Assembly (NCBI RefSeq): GCF_018336915.1
Contig: NZ_CP064923.1
Coordinates: 450,001-482,000 of the forward strand
From: Acaryochloris marina S15
GTDB lineage: Bacteria; Cyanobacteriota; Cyanobacteriia; Thermosynechococcales; Thermosynechococcaceae
Direction of reading: 5' to 3'
Length of the DNA: 32,000 bases
Every line of letters begins with the position of its first letter. Within the stretch, counting starts at the first letter, position 1. The notes under the pieces were generated by a model, which did no database searches, was not told the DNA's origin, and saw only the letters and a list, made by a program, of their open reading frames with translations. The position numbers were made by a program, and so were the translations under genes. Below, piece after piece: positions 23,780 to 32,000 of the stretch.

Positions 23780-24616
23780 ATGAAATTAATTCTGTTTGAA
23801 GACGCTGTAGCATTTTGCGATCGCACCCAGTCTCACCTCTTGCATCATCCTGCAGAACATAATCTGCTGCTTGGTATTCAGAGTGCTTTACTTCGGGGCT
23901 CAGGCGCTTTCCCCACTCCTCCTGATTTGCTGGTCGTTGAGTCGGCGGGGGAGATTCAGGCCGTGGGTACTCGAACTCCTCCTTATAATTTTGTGCTGTC
24001 GAAGGTCCAGGATTTAGGCGCTTTAGATCTGATGGCAGACTACTTCCACCAGGCTTCGACCTCTTTATCCGGGGTCAATAGCTTTGTGAGGGAGGCTCAA
24101 GCCTTTGCTCATGTCTGGCAAACCGTGACTGGACAAGCGAGCACCTTAAAAATGCACCTGCGGATTCACCAGTTGATCCAAGTGCACCCCCAAACAGATG
24201 TCCAGGGCCATTTGCGGATAGCGACGAAGCGAGATCGCAAACAGCTGCTGCAATGGTCAGAGGCGTTTTCTCTAGAGACCTTTGGGGATCTGGAAGCGGA
24301 TATTGAACGCATTCTAGACCTGCAGATCAAGCGTCAGGATCTGTATGTTTGGTGCGATCGCAAGATTGTCTCGATGGTGGCTGGACGCCTGTCTCAACCC
24401 GGAGGTGGCCGTATCGGTCCCGTCTATACTCCTCCAGAATGTCGGCAGCGGGGGTATGCGACGGCCTGTGTGTCTGCAGTGAGCCGGATGCTGTTGGATC
24501 GAGGGGCTCAGCGCTGTTGCCTATTTACCGATATCACCAATCCCACATCTAACCATATCTATCAAACCATTGGCTATAAACCCGTTTGTGATTGGCATGA
24601 CTATCGGTTTGCCTAA
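23780..24616 (+). CDS. GNAT-family N-acetyltransferase with an N-terminal extension
   Basis: The C-terminal acetyl-CoA-binding region (PPECRQRGYATACVSAVSRMLLDRG...NPTSNHIYQTIGYKPV) is GNAT-like. ATG 23780 is preferred over TTG 23768. The start is 19 nt after the NADAR stop. Confidence 0.7.
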   Translation: MKLILFEDAVAFCDRTQSHLLHHPAEHNLLLGIQSALLRGSGAFPTPPDLLVVESAGEIQAVGTRTPPYNFVLSKVQDLGALDLMADYFHQASTSLSGVNSFVREAQAFAHVWQTVTGQASTLKMHLRIHQLIQVHPQTDVQGHLRIATKRDRKQLLQWSEAFSLETFGDLEADIERILDLQIKRQDLYVWCDRKIVSMVAGRLSQPGGGRIGPVYTPPECRQRGYATACVSAVSRMLLDRGAQRCCLFTDITNPTSNHIYQTIGYKPVCDWHDYRFA

Positions 24617-24718
24617 GGATTGGTGGGAGTGACGTTTATTGAGATTGGCCTTGCCGTCATTTTTTCCGTTAATGGGTCCGGCTTTAGGGCCTAAGTGATT
24701 CATCACCAATGTTGGATT

Positions 24719-25141
24719 CTATGCAGATTGGCAGCGATCGCAATATCCATGCAAGGTCAGCTCATAGTGATTCACCTGAAGTCCTGGGCGTAATCCCTGA
24801 AAATTGGGTGTTTGGAACTGTTCCCAGGCAATATCCTCAACCTCACTGCAAGACTGGCAGCGAAAATGGTGGTGGGGATCAATATTGGCATCATAACGAC
24901 AGACGCCTTCCTCCAAGAGGACCTCCCGCACTAGTCCCACATCTCTAAGGGCCTGAAGTGTTTTATAGATCGTGGCCTGAGACGAGGTCGGTACATCTTG
25001 GTTAAAATGGCTCGAAATTTGCTCTGCAGTCGGATGGTCAGACCGCGCTAGTAAATCGGCATAGACGGCAAAGCGTTGGGGGGTTACTCTTACCCCTTTC
25101 GACTTCAGGGTTTGGATAATTTTATCTGCCTGTTGTTGCAT
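24719..25141 (-). CDS. Fur-family metalloregulator (PerR-like by context)
   Basis: It has a winged-helix N-terminus (RVTPQRFAVYADLL), an HHHFRCQSC metal site and a C-terminal CDRC. ATG 25141 has GGAGG about 8 nt upstream; the track starts at TTG 25159. It is divergent from katG. Confidence 0.8.
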   Translation of the reverse strand: MQQQADKIIQTLKSKGVRVTPQRFAVYADLLARSDHPTAEQISSHFNQDVPTSSQATIYKTLQALRDVGLVREVLLEEGVCRYDANIDPHHHFRCQSCSEVEDIAWEQFQTPNFQGLRPGLQVNHYELTLHGYCDRCQSA

Positions 25142-25268
25142 CAATACCTCCTCCAGCAATGTGCCAGCTCCCTACAGCCCGGGACATCTGGTTTTCAGGG
25201 GCCTCAATAACAAACCTAGCATTCCTATTCGCTAATCGTCCATATTTAGAATCTACTTTTATAACTAA

Positions 25269-27749
<2,481 letters not shown>

Positions 27750-27897
27750 TCTCGGCTTAAATACCGCGATTTCGATTTGGTAGTCCTGTAGATTTCTCCC
27801 GGCCTGCAGGGCTACTACATGTATAGATGCTCTGGTGTATTTGCTATATATCGCTGAGATAGCAAGCTCAAAACTTCGTTGAGCATGCCAGTGAGAT

Positions 27898-28650
27898 CTA
27901 CAGGCCTTGCCATGGACTTAGACGAATCCGGCCACCATCAACAAGCAAGTCTTCTCCCGTAATGTATGAAGCATCCTCACTGGCGAGAAATAGGACCACC
28001 TTGGCAATTTCTTCTGGCTGCCCCAATCGCTGCATGGGAATTTCGTTCTGGAGTGCTGCGATCATCTCCTGATCGAATTCCCCCGTCATCTCGGTATCAA
28101 TCACACCCGGACTAATGGCGTTGACGCGGATATTGCGTGATATCAGTGAACTGGCTAGCGATCGTGCCAACTGGCTCACTGCTGCCTTAGTGGCGGCATA
28201 CACCGTCAAATTAGCTAACCCCTGGTGCTGGGTCAGGGATGCATTGAGCACAATAGCACCCCCATCGTTCATATGTGGCAAGGCCTGCTGAGCAGTAAAG
28301 AAGACTCCCTTGAAGTTGACGCTGACAATTTGATCAAACGTCTTTTCATCCACATCACCGAACCCTGTAGGCGTCCCAATTCCAGCATTAGCGAAAACGA
28401 TATCTATTTTGCCGAAACGATCCCTTACCTGTGTATAGAGCTGATCTAGGTCAGATATCTTTGAAACATCCACAGCGACTGTGAGGAGCCGATCTCCGGC
28501 ATTCAGATTCTGAGCCGTTTTAATCAGTTTTTCCTGCGTGCGTCCACAGATGGCAACATTGGCTCCTTCTGCTAGGAACGCCTTTGCTGCTGCAAGTCCC
28601 ATTCCACTGCCACCCCCTGTGATGACAACAGTTTTATTTTTGAATCTCAT
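27898..28650 (-). CDS. Short-chain dehydrogenase/reductase (classical SDR)
   Basis: SDR motifs are TGGGSGMG (TGxxxGxG), NAGI, YAATKAAV (YxxxK) and the C-terminal ITGEDLLVDGG. Confidence 0.85.
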   Translation of the reverse strand: MRFKNKTVVITGGGSGMGLAAAKAFLAEGANVAICGRTQEKLIKTAQNLNAGDRLLTVAVDVSKISDLDQLYTQVRDRFGKIDIVFANAGIGTPTGFGDVDEKTFDQIVSVNFKGVFFTAQQALPHMNDGGAIVLNASLTQHQGLANLTVYAATKAAVSQLARSLASSLISRNIRVNAISPGVIDTEMTGEFDQEMIAALQNEIPMQRLGQPEEIAKVVLFLASEDASYITGEDLLVDGGRIRLSPWQGL

Positions 28651-28665
28651 GTCATTCTCCTGGTT

Positions 28666-29409
28666 CTAAAGACCACCATCCACACAAATTTGCTGTCCAG
28701 TCACCCATCGACCTAAATCAGAGGCAAGGAAGAGGACCGCTCGTGAAATATCTTCAGCGGTTCCCAGTTCACCAAACGCAGCTTGACTTGCCATCCATTG
28801 CGTCTGCTCCTCTGGCGTGTCAGCCACCCAATCCGTAGCGGTGTAGCCCGGTAGTAGGCTGTTGACGGTAATTTTCTTAGGGCTAAGTTCTCTCGCCCAA
28901 GTTCTTGTAAATTGCTCTAGAGCTCCTTTGGACGCTGCATAAATACTCGATATGGGTACATAATGCTGGGTCGAACCAGATGAAAGATTAATAATTCTGC
29001 CGCCATCGGGTATTAGCTTCACCATCTTTTGCACCAGAAAAAAGGGGCCTTTGACGTTAGTAGAGAAGAGCTGCTCAAACTCATCTTCTGTCACTTCTCC
29101 AAAGGGCTTGCTCACAAACCTACCGGCATTGTTGATCAGAATATCGACCTTGCCAAACTCTGTTTCCAAGGTTTGGGTGAGCTGGTTGATATCCTCTAGG
29201 TTTGAGACATTGGATTGATAGCCTTTAATCTTTCCTAAACTTGATAATTCATTTTCTAAAGCTTTTGCTTTTTCAGCACTGCTCACGTACGTGAAGGCCA
29301 CTGACACTCCTTGGCTCATGAAGTCTTTGACAATTGCTTTGCCAATTCCCCTAGACCCTCCGGTAACCAACGCAACTTTATCTTGTAGCTTCAATTTGTC
29401 TGTATTCAT
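28666..29409 (-). CDS. Short-chain dehydrogenase/reductase (FabG-like)
   Basis: ATG 29409 (MNTDKLKLQDKVALVTGGSRGIGKAI) has AAGGAC upstream. The longer track ORF (to 29580) would overlap the SnoaL-like gene. NNAG, YAASKGAL and VTGQQICVDGG motifs are present. Confidence 0.85.
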   Translation of the reverse strand: MNTDKLKLQDKVALVTGGSRGIGKAIVKDFMSQGVSVAFTYVSSAEKAKALENELSSLGKIKGYQSNVSNLEDINQLTQTLETEFGKVDILINNAGRFVSKPFGEVTEDEFEQLFSTNVKGPFFLVQKMVKLIPDGGRIINLSSGSTQHYVPISSIYAASKGALEQFTRTWARELSPKKITVNSLLPGYTATDWVADTPEEQTQWMASQAAFGELGTAEDISRAVLFLASDLGRWVTGQQICVDGGL

Positions 29410-29458
29410 TGTTTGTCCTTGTGAAATGACGAATTTTTCCAGCTCAAGGGTGGGCGGA

Positions 29459-29944
29459 TCAACTTCTCTGAGGGTGGCGTTCAATACCTTTCGCGATAAT
29501 TTCTGGATGGACATTGTGAGGAATAGGCCATCCCCGCTCCCAGAAGTAAATGTTGATTTCAACGGTGTTATCGGCAACATCCCAGCGCCTAACTTTGCCG
29601 TCTTGGATAGTCAAAATCATCGTTTCAATAGATGTGCCTTCTCGCCCCGTTGGCTGCATTCCCATAAATTCTTGGGCATGCTTCCAATGCAGGCATACCG
29701 TAAAGAAGCCTCGACCATTGCCTGTTTCATCAATGGCCTCAAATTCATCGACTAAATCAATGCGAGACTGTAGCGCTTCAATAAATTGTGTGGCCCAGCT
29801 TTTGAGGGCGTCACGACCGTGGATATTACGGCCCATTGTTGAATTGACTAACACTTCCTCTGCCACGAGCGCATCCCAGCGATCAACCTCTCCGGATTGA
29901 AAGGCGTCGTATAGCTTACGCACAAATGGATACTGGATGGTCAT
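29459..29944 (-). CDS. SnoaL-like / NTF2-fold protein (ester cyclase-like)
   Basis: The 161-aa ORF has the typical SnoaL-like layout (FVRKLYDAFQSGEVDRWDALVAEEVLVN...GRDALKSW...). The call is by general resemblance only. Confidence 0.55.
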   Translation of the reverse strand: MTIQYPFVRKLYDAFQSGEVDRWDALVAEEVLVNSTMGRNIHGRDALKSWATQFIEALQSRIDLVDEFEAIDETGNGRGFFTVCLHWKHAQEFMGMQPTGREGTSIETMILTIQDGKVRRWDVADNTVEINIYFWERGWPIPHNVHPEIIAKGIERHPQRS

Positions 29945-29967
29945 ATTCTTGCCTCACTCTTAAAAAT

Positions 29968-30645
29968 CTAAGAACTTGGTTGTCGTCCACCCAGGCGCCG
30001 CTCTGATGCGCTCGGTAGTACATTGACGGAAGGGGTTGCATAGGGACCCAGTTTCATACCACCTATCATGAAGCGGATAAAGTCGCCCAGGGATTCCAAC
30101 AAGCGGGCACTACGCAGTGGACCACAGTCAATGGGATTAAACCCAATCTCGCTAGCTAACGTCATTGCAGTTTGCCGTGCCGCAGGATGGTCACCGCAGA
30201 CATAGGCCGAAACCTGATGCTCTTTGAGTGGTTGAGGTGATAGCTCAAAGACTTCTTGGGCCATGGTATTGAAGGCTTTGATGACATGGGCATTGGGAAT
30301 GTCTGCCGCTAACTCTTCGGCTAAAGATTCCGCCATCAAAGGACCGTAGGCAAACCCTTCAGGAATATCGCGATTGTTGCAGTCGAGGATCACTTTGCCA
30401 GATAAGCTCTCGGTCGACGACAAAATGGCGGATGGCATCACACCTCGTACTGAGTAAAAGATCACCTCACCAAATTCAGCCGCCTCATCATTGGTGCCAC
30501 TCTGAGTGTTGTGGCCTGCAAATTCAGCCACGGATTTTGCTCTGTTCGGATCCCGTGACCCCCAAAAGACTTCGTGTCCCTGCTCCGCCCAGAGAATACC
30601 GAGGGATCTCGACATGTTGCCGGTCCCAATCAATCCAATTTTCAT
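29968..30645 (-). CDS. NADP-binding oxidoreductase of the F420-dependent NADP reductase (Npd/F420_oxidored) family
   Basis: It has an N-terminal Rossmann motif MKIGLIGTGNMSRSLG. Overall length and pattern (VIKAFNT..., PIDCGPL..AR.LE) are typical of this family. Confidence 0.7.
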   Translation of the reverse strand: MKIGLIGTGNMSRSLGILWAEQGHEVFWGSRDPNRAKSVAEFAGHNTQSGTNDEAAEFGEVIFYSVRGVMPSAILSSTESLSGKVILDCNNRDIPEGFAYGPLMAESLAEELAADIPNAHVIKAFNTMAQEVFELSPQPLKEHQVSAYVCGDHPAARQTAMTLASEIGFNPIDCGPLRSARLLESLGDFIRFMIGGMKLGPYATPSVNVLPSASERRLGGRQPSS

Positions 30646-30710
30646 GACGTTTCTCTCAGATCCTGATCAATCATGGGTTCACACGGATTAACTTGTGTGT
30701 CTACTGACTA

Positions 30711-30865
30711 GACTTCTGGTAAGTAACAAATCCTCTTCTCCAATCGGTGTATGAGTTGATCGAGGTAATATTTCCGCCATCAACGCGGTGGTTGGTACCA
30801 CTAATGAAATCTGCAAAAAGACTGGCTAGATAGGCCACCCAACTTATGGAATTGGACAATGCACG
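30711..30865 (-). pseudogene. Remnant of an SDR C-terminus
   Basis: The minus-strand frame between an in-frame TGA (30866-30868) and TAG (30711-30713) reads ...ISWVAYLASLFADFISGTNHRVDGGNITS... It parallels the VLFLAS-x6-(I/V)TG-x4-VDGG C-termini of the two intact SDRs nearby. There is no start codon and no N-terminal part. Confidence 0.45.
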
Positions 30866-31013
30866 TCATTGCTTTTTCTCCCGTTGATGCTTGCTCTGAT
30901 CGCTGATTCGTGATGTGTCATAGCTGCTACTGGATCAATATCGCTGCAGCCGTTATGAATAAATAGGTTGATGTTCTATCGGTAGACTAAAGAGCTTCCA
31001 TGAATTAGTCAAA

Positions 31014-31046
31014 CGCATGAAATTGATATTAGACATTAATTTCATG
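31014..31046 (-). terminator. Hairpin immediately downstream of the aldo/keto reductase gene
   Basis: GCATGAAATT pairs with AATTTCATGC across a 13-nt loop, 7 nt after the AKR stop. The stem is AT-rich and the U-tract is weak. Confidence 0.3.
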
Positions 31047-31052
31047 CATGTG

Positions 31053-32000
31053 TTATTCCACTCCAACGGGTTTTCCCTCAATTTTGACTCGGGAATAGTA
31101 GCTCTCCGGTTTATCTCCAACCGTTGCCCCTCCGGTCAACATGGCCTGCATGTCAGGGGTAAAGAAGGAGTAAGGAAAGCTGGGATGATTGTGACTGGCT
31201 TGAGTGAGGCGATCTCTGCATTCCATCGGTAGATCAAAATCAAGGGCCTTGAGATTATCTTCAAGTTGATGTAGTTTTGTGGCTCCAACGATGACGGATG
31301 CAATCCCCGGTTGGTTCGCAGCCCAATTAACGGCAACTTGAGCCATACTATGACCCACTTCTTTGGCCACGGATTCTAGCTCAGCCACAATTTTCCAGTT
31401 GCGGTCCGTGAATTTGTTGAAGACTGGGTTATCGGCTCCTGCCAACGTCCCTAAGCGTCCTGCACCTTCATTGCCCTGTTCACTGGGTTTGTATTTCCCG
31501 CTCAACAGGCCACTGGCTAATGGACTCCAGGCCATAACGCCCATCCCGTGCTGTGTACCGAGGGGAATAAATTCACTCTCAATATTGCGTTCAACGAGGG
31601 AGTATTCCAGCTGCAGGGAAGCAAGGGGTTCGTATCCTCGGAGTTCGGCAATGGTTTGAGCACGGGATGCATACCAAGCTGGAATATCTGATAGACCCAC
31701 ATAGCGAACTTTTCCAGCTCGAACGAGATCGTCTAATGTGCGCATGACTTCTTCTGCTGGGGTAAGACTGTCCCAGGTGTGGAGGATATAGAGATCGATA
31801 TAGTCCGTGTCTAGGCGCTGTAGCGATCCATCTACGGCTCTAAGAATATTTTTGCGACCGTTGCCGCCTGCGTTGGGGTTACCAGGGTCGGCGTTGTAGG
31901 AGAACTTGGTTGCGATCGCAACTCTGTCTCGCAAACCCCGCTCTCGGATCAATTCCCCGATCCAAGTCTCGCTGGTGCCGTTGGTATACATGTCGGCGGT
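31053..32000 (-). CDS. Aldo/keto reductase (5' end lies beyond the window)
   Basis: The frame is open to the window edge and reads ...TADMYTNGTSE at the end. AKR motifs are present: ATKF, DLYILHTWD, GLSDIPAW. Confidence 0.85.
   Translation of the reverse strand, partial: TADMYTNGTSETWIGELIRERGLRDRVAIATKFSYNADPGNPNAGGNGRKNILRAVDGSLQRLDTDYIDLYILHTWDSLTPAEEVMRTLDDLVRAGKVRYVGLSDIPAWYASRAQTIAELRGYEPLASLQLEYSLVERNIESEFIPLGTQHGMGVMAWSPLASGLLSGKYKPSEQGNEGAGRLGTLAGADNPVFNKFTDRNWKIVAELESVAKEVGHSMAQVAVNWAANQPGIASVIVGATKLHQLEDNLKALDFDLPMECRDRLTQASHNHPSFPYSFFTPDMQAMLTGGATVGDKPESYYSRVKIEGKPVGVE

Noticed and set aside
28666-29580. Long 304-aa version of the second SDR ORF
   Set aside because: The extra 57 N-terminal codons overlap the SnoaL-like gene and precede the Rossmann motif by too much. 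ATG 29409 gives a canonical 247-aa SDR.
29291-29900. Plus-strand ORFs of 154 and 116 aa opposite the SDR and SnoaL-like genes
   Set aside because: They are antisense shadow ORFs with no motifs, and both overlap better-supported minus-strand genes.

Overview
This looks like a cyanobacterial chromosomal segment. It carries 16 exact copies of the HIP1 palindrome GCGATCGC, and the gene content fits. I found no rRNA, tRNA or CRISPR array. Housekeeping genes include prfB with its programmed +1 frameshift, translationally coupled to a PiuC/YbiX-type 2OG oxygenase. There is also a divergent Fur/PerR-like regulator and katG pair, plus two aldo/keto reductases, a HAD hydrolase, a CpdA-like phosphodiesterase and a beta-CASP-like MBL hydrolase. 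These are mixed with accessory-looking content. The most notable accessory content is two large STAND (NB-ARC type) NTPases, each with an N-terminal HTH and no recognisable enzymatic effector. One has 14 WD40 repeats (6457-10080) and the other has TPRs (15975-18305). Between them lie a stand-alone DUF4347 protein, a Gly/Ala-rich orphan, an intact IS1634-family element that appears to have clipped a neighbouring gene, and a CRP-type site upstream of the phosphodiesterase. Other items worth a second look:
- a 540-nt ORF-poor gap with a 13-bp hairpin and an intrinsic terminator just upstream of the TPR-STAND gene
- a bacterial GIDE-domain membrane protein
- a degenerate GGDEF protein (HGDTF) that keeps its I-site
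- a NADAR-GNAT bicistron behind a 700-bp AT-rich gap
- a tight four-gene redox operon with an SDR pseudogene remnant upstream

All family calls come from motifs read by eye. No database search was run.
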